Below, one piece after another: positions 10,045 through 19,400 of a DNA stretch of 64,000 bases. The notes beneath the pieces are model-generated. The model had not been told where the DNA came from. It worked only from the letters and a program-made list of their open reading frames with translations, and made no database searches. The DNA is from an archaeon (GTDB taxonomy: Archaea > Nanobdellota > Nanobdellia > Woesearchaeales > GW2011-AR15): assembly GCA_043801855.1 (NCBI GenBank), contig JAZDLQ010000017.1, positions 15,202-79,201 of the forward strand, written 5' to 3'. The translations under genes and the position numbers were made by a program. How positions within the stretch are numbered: the stretch's first letter is position 1; each line of letters starts with the position of its first letter.

Positions 10045-10842
10045 TCAATTATTCAGCGCCTTGTCGGCGAGCACGCATCTAATCTCTCCATAAGTGATAT
10101 TTTCAGGAAGAGCCAGTTTGATATCAGAGAGTTTTTGAGCATTCCCAAATTTTTTCCTTGCAGCAAGAATAGTTTCAATTTTTTCCTTTGAAACAACTTT
10201 ATCTGCATTTACATATCCATTAGAAATCAGATTGTAAAAATGCCCGTAAATAGTTGATTCAACTAGCCCTCTTTCTTTAGCAATTTCAGAAATGCTTTTT
10301 CCAAGCTTGTGCATCTCAAGAGTAATTTTATCTGATTCACCAACTTCTGCTTGTTTTTTTTCTTTAATTACTTGAAGGTTGACATCTATTTTTTCATTAA
10401 GGACTTTAACTCCCGCAGCCGTTAAAACATAATATGAATAAAATTCAGACACTTGCGACCTTCTGATAAGCTCCATTGCCTCAAGCTGCTCAATGAATTT
10501 TTCAATAATAAGTATCTCATGCCACATAAGCCCTCCAAAGCCTGCCAAGTTAGAATACATAACAACATCTTTGGATTTTGAGCCTTTTAAAAACTCCGCT
10601 AATTTGAGTTTTCCAAGTTGAACAGCGCTAATCGCTGACAGGATAATCCATGCTATGTTTTCACTTTCTTTTTTTCTATCTTTTTTAATATAATAATCTC
10701 TAATTGACTCTTTAACATGCCTGCTTTCAGGGAAGTATTCTTTGAAATAACAGTCATCGCACATTCCATCGTGAATGTACTTATTATGGCCATTTATTTT
10801 TATATTGCATTTTTTGCAATTGAATTCATCATCCATTTGCAC
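10045..10842 (-). CDS. Stand-alone RQC winged-helix plus RecQ-type C-terminal HTH protein
   Basis: LAEFLKGSKS...GFGGL (RQC); SISEIAKERGLVESTIYGH...ITYGEIRCVLA (HTH_40-like); N-terminal CxxC...CxxC. Confidence 0.75.
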   Translation of the reverse strand: MQMDDEFNCKKCNIKINGHNKYIHDGMCDDCYFKEYFPESRHVKESIRDYYIKKDRKKESENIAWIILSAISAVQLGKLKLAEFLKGSKSKDVVMYSNLAGFGGLMWHEILIIEKFIEQLEAMELIRRSQVSEFYSYYVLTAAGVKVLNEKIDVNLQVIKEKKQAEVGESDKITLEMHKLGKSISEIAKERGLVESTIYGHFYNLISNGYVNADKVVSKEKIETILAARKKFGNAQKLSDIKLALPENITYGEIRCVLADKALNN

Positions 10843-10902
10843 TAGTTAAATGTTAATAAAATATAAATTTATTCCTAAATTGGACGCAACAACAAGTGTT
10901 CA

Positions 10903-10947
10903 CATCTGCCAAAGAAACTGAAAGATCCAAAAAGCTGGCTGCCTTAA
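10903..10947 (+). pseudogene. Displaced duplicate of the top6A 3' end
   Basis: Reads HLPKKLKDPKSWLP* versus YLPDKLKNPKTWLP* at 338-382. Confidence 0.8.
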
Positions 10948-10968
10948 TTCCATTCAAATAAAAGATTA

Positions 10969-11571
10969 CTAAAAATTAAATAGCATATAACTAATCGCTG
11001 ATGTTGCTAGAATTAGGACTATAAATGCAAATTTGAATATAACAACAATAATACCAATTGTTAATAATCTTTGCCAGCTAATGCTTGGATAATGGCTATA
11101 AATTATTACATATGACACCATTGAAGAGAATAGTGAGCGAATTAAATCAATTGGAATAAATAGAGATAATAAATGAATTATAGTTAATATTACTGTTAAT
11201 TTAAGTGCTTTTCTGTAGCTATATGATTCTTTTGCTTCATCATTGCAAAGATATGGTGAAAATAAATCAAGTACAAATGCTTGAAGTAAAATAGCAACTA
11301 CTGCTAGAGCAAGCATAATTAACCATGCAATGTAGACTTTTAATGTATAAGAATAATCCTGTGTATCCTTATAAACTAAATAATTAAAAACAAGGCTTAA
11401 TATTATAAAAAGCATGATTCCAAAGTAAGGATTCCAAAAAAATTTTATAACTTTACTTTCAAGTTCATTATACCTTTCTAATGCAAGCCTTCTTTTCTCT
11501 TTCTCATAATCAATCTTGTCGTAATGATTTTTCATCATTGTTACAAGCTTTTCAAATGATTCCTTACTCAT
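10969..11571 (-). CDS. Multi-pass membrane protein
   Basis: About five hydrophobic segments. Confidence 0.65.
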   Translation of the reverse strand: MSKESFEKLVTMMKNHYDKIDYEKEKRRLALERYNELESKVIKFFWNPYFGIMLFIILSLVFNYLVYKDTQDYSYTLKVYIAWLIMLALAVVAILLQAFVLDLFSPYLCNDEAKESYSYRKALKLTVILTIIHLLSLFIPIDLIRSLFSSMVSYVIIYSHYPSISWQRLLTIGIIVVIFKFAFIVLILATSAISYMLFNF

Positions 11572-11706
11572 CTACAAACATAAAATTAAATTGAATTTAA
11601 ATTTATTCAATTTTTATTGGTAGATGATATCATTGGCGAATTAAACAGGTCAACCTAGAAAAAACAAGTGCGTTATTTTAATTTTATTTTTTTGCTTTTT
11701 CCTGCA

Positions 11707-11817
11707 CTATATCTCACTCTCATATACATGAATCCCAAGCTCGTCAATCTCCCATGTCTGAAGCTCTTCTATTTCTTCAGGCATGTAAAGCTTGCCGTCT
11801 TTGTCCTGATACATCAT
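11707..11817 (-). CDS. Small acidic protein, 36 aa (not in ORF track)
   Basis: MMYQDKDGKLYMPEEIEELQTWEIDELGIHVYESEI*, preceded by a GAGGTGAG RBS. Confidence 0.6.
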   Translation of the reverse strand: MMYQDKDGKLYMPEEIEELQTWEIDELGIHVYESEI

Positions 11818-11992
11818 TTTTTCATCTCACCTCGTTTTATACATATTACGCAAATCAAGTTATTAAATGTTGCCTTATACTACATTAACTAAATGGCAAT
11901 AAGTATCCTAAAAGTAATCTTTATGGCCAAAAGTTGTAATTTAAGCAAAATTTTAAAAACAAATTGGAATTTTTAAATGAAAACAAACAAAT

Positions 11993-12088
11993 GGGCTAGT
12001 GGCCTAGCCTGGATAAGGCGTCTGCCTTCTAATTGGGTAAAACCAAAAAGTGAGCAGAACACCGGGGGTTCAAATCCTCCCTAGCCCA
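11993..12088 (+). tRNA. tRNA-Arg(TCT) with a 21-nt intron at 37/38 (12032-12052)
   Basis: Acceptor stem GGGCTAG/CTAGCCC, D-loop GGATA (A20), anticodon stem TCTGC/GCAGA, T-loop TTCAAAT, bulge-helix-bulge-like intron. Confidence 0.92.
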
Positions 12089-12179
12089 TTTACTATTTTC
12101 TTACGAAATCAATTGTTATATTTGAAGATAATTTGAACACACAGTCACTTCGTTCCTGTGCGCTTCGTTTCACTCCGCG

Positions 12180-12198
12180 AATCCTCCCTAGCCCATTT
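12180..12198 (+). repeat. 19-bp direct repeat of the tRNA-Arg 3' end (att-like)
   Basis: AATCCTCCCTAGCCCATTT at both 12073-12091 and 12180-12198. Confidence 0.85.
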
Positions 12199-12270
12199 TT
12201 CCATTATTTTTATCTAGTTTTCTTTACTTATCCGTAATTATAAAAGATTAAAAAGAAAAGAATTTATTAA

Positions 12271-12411
12271 ATGCCCATGGGTCGGAAGGGAAAATCAATT
12301 TGCCATTGTTGCAAATGTTCCACAGCGTGTTCTGATTTTGCCGAGAATGAAAGGCTTGCTAATGAAGGCTTTTGCCTAAGCATTGTCGAGTGCGAGAATT
12401 TCAAGAATTAA
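12271..12411 (+). CDS. Small Cys-rich protein, 46 aa (not in ORF track)
   Basis: MPMGRKGKSICHCCKCSTACSDFAENERLANEGFCLSIVECENFKN*. Confidence 0.4.
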   Translation: MPMGRKGKSICHCCKCSTACSDFAENERLANEGFCLSIVECENFKN

Positions 12412-12871
12412 CATTAAATTGAGATGGTTGCTTTTTTTCAATAGTCCTATTCCAGAGATAAGATATTCTTTTGTAAGCTAAAAAAGGCAAAACACCATAT
12501 ATGACATTTCGCACAATGTCTTGCCCAAAATCTGCATTTTGAGCTCCCATAAAGTATGTCTGTGTAACTTCAACACCTACTCCAACAGCTGTTGCTGTAA
12601 GCAGAGCAAAATAATATCTGAATGACTGAGGAAGCTGTGAATTTGTAATTCTATTATATATTTTATTTATATAGTTATAAATTACAGAATATCCTAGTTG
12701 CATCGCACCAAAAGAAAAAATTCCGTGGGCTATCTCATCACGTGTTACTGATCTTAAAAAAGGTGTTTCATCTAATAAATTAGTCTCAACAGCATATCTT
12801 GCAGCAATTACTGCGCAACTAAGCGCATAAGAACCCTTATCAACTATTTTCTCAAGCGATGCTTGTCTCAT
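12401..12871 (-). CDS. Hypothetical membrane protein
   Basis: Hydrophobic helices with DEIAH...GVEVTQ...DI; likely start at the ATG at 12871. Confidence 0.55.
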   Translation of the reverse strand: MRQASLEKIVDKGSYALSCAVIAARYAVETNLLDETPFLRSVTRDEIAHGIFSFGAMQLGYSVIYNYINKIYNRITNSQLPQSFRYYFALLTATAVGVGVEVTQTYFMGAQNADFGQDIVRNVIYGVLPFLAYKRISYLWNRTIEKKQPSQFNVNS

Positions 12872-12932
12872 AAGTGTATTTTTTAAAAGAATCAATAATA
12901 TATTTAAAAAGAAACCTATATTTCTATGCATT

Positions 12933-14042
12933 ATGCACTTTGTAATTCATTACGCTGGAGAAATAGGCTCTAAGGGGCAAAACAGGAATTTTTTTTCCAA
13001 AAAGCTAAAGGATAATATAAGAAGCGCGTTTCGTCGCGAAGATTATGATTCTATTAAATCTGAAAATTCAAGAATAATTATAACTGTTAACAAAAATGCT
13101 GAAAAAATAACTGAAAAGATTCAGATGATTGCAGGGATTGGCTTTTTTGGCATTGCAGATTTTGCAAAAAATAATATTACGGATATAAAATCCGTTGTTG
13201 AAAAAAATCATCCTGGAAAATACAATATTAAGATATTTCTTTCGAATAAGCAGTCAGGAATCGTTTTCCAGGAATTAAAAGATTCTCTTTCGAACCATTA
13301 TGATATACATTCACCTGAGCTTAACATTGAGATACTTGATTCTGGTGCGTATGTTTATGATAAAAAGATTGACGGGATGGGTGGGCTTCCTGTAGGATGC
13401 ACTGGAAAATTAATCTCATTATTATCTGGTGGAATCGATAGCCCTGTTGCGTCCTGGAAGATGTATCGAAGAGGATGCTCTGTGTCATTTGTGCATTTTT
13501 ATAATCCGACGACAAATAAGGCTTCAGTCAAGCAGAAGATATTTGACCTTGTGCAGATTTTATCAAAGTACCAGTTCAAGACAAAATTATTTATCGTGAA
13601 ATTTGATGATGTGCAAAGGCAGATTATCGCAAGTGTTCCTGCTGATGTGCGAATGATTGTTTACCGAAGATTCATGTTTAGAATAGCACAAAAAATCGCT
13701 GAATCTGAAAAAGCGCTTGGCTTTGTTACAGGGGATTCTTTGTCACAAGTTGCATCCCAGACTCTTGAAAACATAGGAGTAATATATGAAGCAGCAAAGA
13801 TTCCTGTTTTTGCGCCGTTAATCGGTGAAGATAAAGATGCAATAATTGCCCTTGCTAAAAAAATAGGGACATATTCTACTTCAATTCAGCCATACGATGA
13901 TTGCTGCTCGTTTTTTGTAGCAGAGCATCCAAAGACAAAATCAACAATTGCAGAAATATTAGCAGTTGAAAAAAAAATGGATGTAAAAGCATTAGTAAAT
14001 ATGGCGCTTGTTGATGTTGAAGTAAAGACAATCGTTGGGTAA
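12933..14042 (+). CDS. thiI: tRNA 4-thiouridine synthase ThiI
   Basis: GMGGLPVG, PP-loop LLSGGIDSPVA, TGDSLSQVASQTLEN, DCC. Confidence 0.95.
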   Translation: MHFVIHYAGEIGSKGQNRNFFSKKLKDNIRSAFRREDYDSIKSENSRIIITVNKNAEKITEKIQMIAGIGFFGIADFAKNNITDIKSVVEKNHPGKYNIKIFLSNKQSGIVFQELKDSLSNHYDIHSPELNIEILDSGAYVYDKKIDGMGGLPVGCTGKLISLLSGGIDSPVASWKMYRRGCSVSFVHFYNPTTNKASVKQKIFDLVQILSKYQFKTKLFIVKFDDVQRQIIASVPADVRMIVYRRFMFRIAQKIAESEKALGFVTGDSLSQVASQTLENIGVIYEAAKIPVFAPLIGEDKDAIIALAKKIGTYSTSIQPYDDCCSFFVAEHPKTKSTIAEILAVEKKMDVKALVNMALVDVEVKTIVG

Positions 14043-14054
14043 TTCTAAGAAAAA

Positions 14055-14951
14055 ATGGAATTAGTTAAAATCACTGAAAAGGTATTTTACATTCAAGGTA
14101 GCGTAAATATTGGTGTAATTCTACTTAGCGAAAATAGCTGTTGCCTAGTTGACACTGGGCTTAATGAGGATACTGCAAGAAAGGTATACAATCTCCTTAC
14201 TGAAAAAAAGATTGCGATAAAGGCGATAATAAATACGCACCATCATGCTGACCATTGCGGCGGAAATAAACTATTGAAAGATAGGTCTGGCGCTAAGATT
14301 TATGCGCCTGCTTTTGAAGAGGCGATAATCTCAAACACACTGCTTGAACCCATATACTTATTTTCAGGTGCGTTTCCGATTGATGAGATGCAGAAGGATT
14401 TTTTAATGGCAAAATCAACAAAGCCAGATATTGTTTTTTCATCTGAATCAAATGATATTATGATTGATGATATTAAAATAGGAGTGTTTCCATTGCCAGG
14501 CCACTCACCCGGACAGGTCGGAATCGCATTTGACAATGTGCTTTTCTGCGCTGATTCCCTTATATCAAAAGAGATTGCAGATAAATATAAGATTCCATAT
14601 AACTGCGATATTGAGAAAACAAAAGAGAGCCTGCGAAAACTTATTGCATCTGATTTTAAATTCTATATTCCTTCGCATGGAGCGCTAGTTTTTGATATAA
14701 AAGAGCTTGCAATATTTAACATTGAATTAATTGAGGACGTTGAAAAAAGAATTCTGAAGCTTTTAATAACTGAAAAAACAACAGAAGATGTGCTCTCAAC
14801 ATTATGCAATAGCTTAGGAGTAACGCTTGCAAAAGCACCATCATATTATCTTATGAATAGTGCTGTAATGGCTTACCTTGGCTATCTGCACAACAGCAAA
14901 AAAATCATGTATTTCATCAGAGATAATTCACTTTACTGGAAAATCGCATGA
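14055..14951 (+). CDS. MBL-fold metallo-hydrolase
   Basis: THHHADHCGG, LPGHSPG, ADS, PSHG. Confidence 0.92.
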   Translation: MELVKITEKVFYIQGSVNIGVILLSENSCCLVDTGLNEDTARKVYNLLTEKKIAIKAIINTHHHADHCGGNKLLKDRSGAKIYAPAFEEAIISNTLLEPIYLFSGAFPIDEMQKDFLMAKSTKPDIVFSSESNDIMIDDIKIGVFPLPGHSPGQVGIAFDNVLFCADSLISKEIADKYKIPYNCDIEKTKESLRKLIASDFKFYIPSHGALVFDIKELAIFNIELIEDVEKRILKLLITEKTTEDVLSTLCNSLGVTLAKAPSYYLMNSAVMAYLGYLHNSKKIMYFIRDNSLYWKIA

Positions 14952-15181
14952 GATCTTTTTTGCCTTATTGCATTACTTAAAATAAGCCATGAACTTTCAG
15001 CAAGAGCTATTACAGCAATCTCAATTCCTATGCTTAATATGTTTATCATAACCTATAATACGCAAGCCTGGTTTATAAGGCTGGCGCGGGAATGTCCAGT
15101 GACTAGTGGCCGTGCACTGGACAAGTCCACGTTAGGTATTTAAAGCATTAACAAGATATATTTTTCAGACAGCAAGGTAAA

Positions 15182-15546
15182 ATGTTAATGGAAGATTCAC
15201 TTTCAATGTTTAAAAATGATGACGTGGCACGAATAGTTGCATTAATTAATAGTGATGGACATTTACAAACAGGAAGAAGAAATCTTATCTCATTTTATTC
15301 AAAAGAATCAGATGAAATAGATTCAGCAAAAAATCTTGTTGAAAAGATATTTAAAATTAATGGAAAGATTTACAAAGACACTCGCGGTAACAGATATAAG
15401 CTTTTTTTTTATTCTAAAGCTGTGCAGATATGCTTATTGAATTGGGTGTTTCGCCTGGCAATAAGACCAATACTTCTTTTTTAGTACTTGACTGGATTTA
15501 TAATGGAAATTCCAATAGGGAACTTTGCAAAAATCATGTTTTATAG
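15182..15546 (+). pseudogene. Frameshifted, truncated LAGLIDADG homing-endonuclease-like gene
   Basis: ARIVALINSDGHL motif; after a frameshift near 15425 the reading continues ADMLIELGVSPGNKTNTSFLVLDWIYNG and stops at 15546; no second LAGLIDADG motif. Confidence 0.75.
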
Positions 15547-15776
15547 CGTGCGCATAGATAATCGAAATTATTAATGCGCACGATATATTGGAGCGCAAAT
15601 AAAAATTTCTACGAATATTACGTGCGCTCCCTATACATGAAGAGCAAAAGCTCTCTCGACGTGAAAAATGTGCTGCAAAGTTATCTATACTCAAAGCGCA
15701 AAAATTGCGCTTTTCCTAATAGCAAAGGAATATATCCATTTGCTATATTAGGAGTTTGCAAAGTTTTTTGCAAACT
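15542..15776. repeat. Array of six consecutive inverted repeats (hairpins)
   Basis: CGTGCGCAT/ATGCGCACG, GGAGCGCA/TGCGCTCC, AGAGC/GCTCT, AAAGCGCAA/TTGCGCTTT, TCCTAATAGCAAA/TTTGCT(AT)ATTAGGA, AGTTTGCAAA/TTTGCAAACT. Confidence 0.8.
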
Positions 15777-15859
15777 TCTCTATACTCTTTAGCATTGTTT
15801 TCATATAGTTCATACCTTCTTGAATATTTATATTATTGTTTTTTTACTTATTTTCTTTT

Positions 15860-15892
15860 TTGTCTTACAATTGTCATACAATTATAATACAA
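15860..15892. promoter_or_regulatory. Three tandem 11-bp boxes, putative RHH operator
   Basis: TTGTCTTACAA-TTGTCATACAA-TTATAATACAA just upstream of a TTTATATA box and two RHH genes. Confidence 0.55.
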
Positions 15893-15985
15893 TATACAAA
15901 AACGTAATATTTATATACTACACAGATAATACAAAAATACAATTATTATACTAAAATGATTATCAGTATACTATTTTAGTCAAAA

Positions 15986-16144
15986 ATGGGTCCAAAAGCA
16001 GTAGTTGTAAACATAAGGCTTCCTGATAACATAATCTCCTGGTTGGATTCACTAGTTGAATCAGAGCTTTATAATTCAAGATCTGAAGCAATCAGAGCGT
16101 TCTCACGGGATTATGTTCTTAAAAACAGGGGTGGTGACAGATAG
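15986..16144 (+). CDS. Ribbon-helix-helix (CopG/Arc-like) regulator, 52 aa (not in ORF track)
   Basis: MGPKAVVVNIRLPDNIISWLDSLVESELYNSRSEAIRAFSRDY. Confidence 0.85.
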   Translation: MGPKAVVVNIRLPDNIISWLDSLVESELYNSRSEAIRAFSRDYVLKNRGGDR

Positions 16145-16404
16145 CTGACCAGATAATATCACTAAGAATGCCAAAATCCCTTGTTGAAGAATTAAATAGT
16201 GTTGCAGATAAAAACCATTTTCTTGATATTAGTGAAGAAATCAGGTTTCTTCTTCGTGAAAAATATTTAAGCTATCATGATCCTTATGCATCAGAACTTG
16301 AAAAAATAAGAAATAATTTATCAAAAGTGACTGTTCCGGAAAAAGTTGATGCATTGAAAAAAGACCTGCAAAAGCTATTGGAGGGGCTAAATGACATCAG
16401 GTAG
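16141..16404 (+). CDS. Second RHH regulator, probably starting at ATA 16141
   Basis: (M)ADQIISLRMPKSLVEELNSVADKNHFLDISEEIR; the RHH beta-strand lies upstream of the first ATG; GGTGGTGA RBS precedes the ATA. Confidence 0.75.
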   Translation: MADQIISLRMPKSLVEELNSVADKNHFLDISEEIRFLLREKYLSYHDPYASELEKIRNNLSKVTVPEKVDALKKDLQKLLEGLNDIR

Positions 16405-19400
16405 GCTACTATCAAGAATTGTACTTTTAGCACTTTGTATAGCTGCGCTTTTAAATGCAAGCTCTCAGGTTGCGATAATTGATAATAGCACAATCTCAAT
16501 AGATGGTTTTGCATTTAGAAATATTGAAAATCAGGATTATAATGTAGCAAGCGCCGGTTCAATGGCTACGTTCTATGATATGTCTTACTATAATGGCTCA
16601 GGATTTTACCTTGGCGATATTGGAATGGGAACAGATGTTATTTATACCTCTGGATTGAATGCAACCCTTGTTGAAATTTCACTCGTTAAAAAAGAGCCTG
16701 GAAATGTTGATGCGCTACTTGCTTGTGATTATTTTGTTGAAGGATCTTTTGTATGCCAGAATTGGAGTATAGCTGACTTTGACTACGCAGAAAATGAAAC
16801 ACATGTTGTTTTTATAGCAGATTCATTTACTGCGATCGCCGGGCATATTGCTAAGGAGAATAATTTAAAAGAAACATTGCTTGACGTATGGCCGCAAACA
16901 ATTATCGGAAAGCCATATGGTGGAAAGGCCGCATATCCTGGAAATGTGTCTTATATTTATTCGAACTTTACAGATGGAGCATCAGGAGATATATTATCCG
17001 ATGGATTTTGCACAGCAACAGAAACAGTATCTAATTATACAATGATCTACGATTCAGCAAAAAAATTATTCACTTACGCAGTACTATATGATAATCCTGG
17101 AAACTATTCTTTTGGAATTTATTGTTGCAGTGAGGGATATTACTGTTCTAACAAATCAGTAGTCCTTGAAATAAGCCCTCTTATCTCAGCAAACGATACA
17201 CATCTAGACAATGATGGTGACGGGTATTCTTATATCTATGACTGTAATGACAACAACCCGAATATAAATCCCGGAAAAGTTGAAATATTATATAATGGAG
17301 TTGATGATGACTGCAGCAGTGCAACACTTGATTATTTCTTTTTTGATATCAGCACAAATAAGCTGACATATGGATTGGGCGAATCAGTTCAGGTAACAAT
17401 TAGGTCATACAATAATTCCGATGCATATATAACCATTAATTCGCCGTCAAATATTTCTTATGTGTATATATATGCTAATGATACTTATCCTAAAACTCTT
17501 ATTTTTTCACACACAAACAATTCAGGCAATTATTCAATAGAAGGAATTTCTTATTATAATAATTATACCATTTCAAAAGAGATTTCATTTGGCGTTGAAA
17601 ATAATCTTGTAGCCATTGCATCCGCAAACCAGACAGAAGCTTTTAAAAATAATAAGATTGGCTTTTTTGCATCAGCCTCAGGTGGAACCGCACCTTACAC
17701 ATACTCATGGAATTTTGACGACGGAACAGTTGTGTCTGAAAAAGATTTAGTGCATGCATTTAATTCTTCAAAAACTTATAATGTTCTGCTAAGAGTAAAA
17801 GACTACTTCGGAAACCAAAGAACGCAGACACTAACAATTTCTGTAATTGATGAGTATAAGCTTTTAGTGAAAGTAGTTGACAATAATACTAATGCTGCAA
17901 TTAAAAACATTAAAGTGAAGCTTGATAGTGATGCTAAATACACTAATTCAAGCGGGAGCGTTGAATTTAGGGTTGCATTAAAAACATATGATATAAAGCT
18001 ATCTCATGCAAATTACAGCACATACTCGGCTGAAATAAAAATAAATGGAACACATGATAAAGAGTATAGGCTTATAAGAGAAATAACTGGCCTTCCTCCT
18101 CAGATATTTGTCCAGTTGCCTTCTGATAATTCAGAGTATAAAAATAGAGATGTTGAATTTTCTTTCTATGTGATTGATGATACAGATTTAAACTGCACTC
18201 TTTACACTTCTTTTGGAGATTCATGGTGGACAGCTGAAAAAACATTTAGTAATTTAGTTTCTAATAAAGAGGCAAAGCACACTCTTTCTGGGCTAAAAAA
18301 TGGAGAATATTACTGGAAAATTGAATGTATTGATAAAGAAAAAAAGAGTGCAGAAACATCTGAATATAGTTTTACTATAAAAACAGAAGAAAAAAATTCT
18401 ATCGATACAGAGGTGGCTGATATAAACGAAACTTCATCAGCTGTGCAAAGTGTCTATGACCTGCTTCCAGATCTTGATTCTTACACACCTGATCAAAAAA
18501 GAGTGCTTGAATTACTGGATATTTACAATGTACTTGAAGAATCAAAAGTTGAGTTAGACAGGGCAAATAGAGATATGTTTAATCTGCGTTATAGGAAAGA
18601 TTTAATTGATCCAATTGGTGAATCTGAAAAAATAATTCAGCAAATAGCGGCAGTAAAGGATAAGACGCCAAGGTCAGTTACTGTTGAAGATAAGGTTGAA
18701 TTTATTAAATATGTTGATGATAAAGAGGCAGAAGAGTTAATAAATAAATATATTGATTTAAAAAATACACAACTTTCATCAGGAGATAGAAAAAAAATAG
18801 TTGATCAAAACAAGCTGCTCCAAAAAAAGATAACTGTATCCACAGAAAGCTATAATGTGAGAATAGAGTATCTTTCAGGTCGAATTAAAGAACTAACACT
18901 TATTAGCAAAAAATCTGATTACAACAGTGTTACTAATGGGAAATTTGTAGAATTTATTCCTGATGAAATAATAGGCTCTGCAGAATTATCTGTAATTACA
19001 GCATCTCCTGCCATTTTACAGGATGGCAGAATTTTTGAAATACCACAGGATGAAGCGCACACCTTATCTTATTCTATAAATAAAAAGATTTTACTTAGTG
19101 AAATACCAAAAATGAAATCATTACTTATAACGCTCGACGAGCAAAGTGAAATTAAAGAAGGAGGAACAATAACAGGGTTTGCGTTGTTTAATACGCAAGG
19201 CTCAAATAATAAAATTGTATTTTACATCGAAATACTGGTTATTGTAATCCTTGCAGGCATCTATATTTCATATCAATTTAGATATGGCGGAGCCGAAACT
19301 GTGAATGGCGTTCCTGAAACAGCCAAAAGCAAAGAGCCGGTTTCAAGCTATAATTTTTATGGCCAAGGCTTTAAAGCAATTGATAGCGCATCTTCTCTTC

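Noticed and set aside
383..10902. Provirus or integrase-driven element
   Set aside because: No integrase, capsid, packaging or replication gene recognised, and the flanking copies are diverged rather than identical att sites
11668..11892. 74-aa plus-strand ORF
   Set aside because: It is the shadow of the minus-strand 36-aa gene, which has a strong RBS
15542..15776. Possible CRISPR array or tRNA cluster
   Set aside because: The stems differ from each other, and there is no constant repeat, cloverleaf or T-loop motif
15574..15792. 72-aa and 86-aa ORFs over the hairpin array
   Set aside because: No RBS or recognisable motif; the sequence is better explained by its inverted repeats
16720..16845. 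GPS/GAIN-like autoproteolysis motif (C...W...VVFIADSFTAIAG)
   Set aside because: The resemblance is weak and the catalytic His of H-x-S/T is absent, so it cannot be supported without structure prediction
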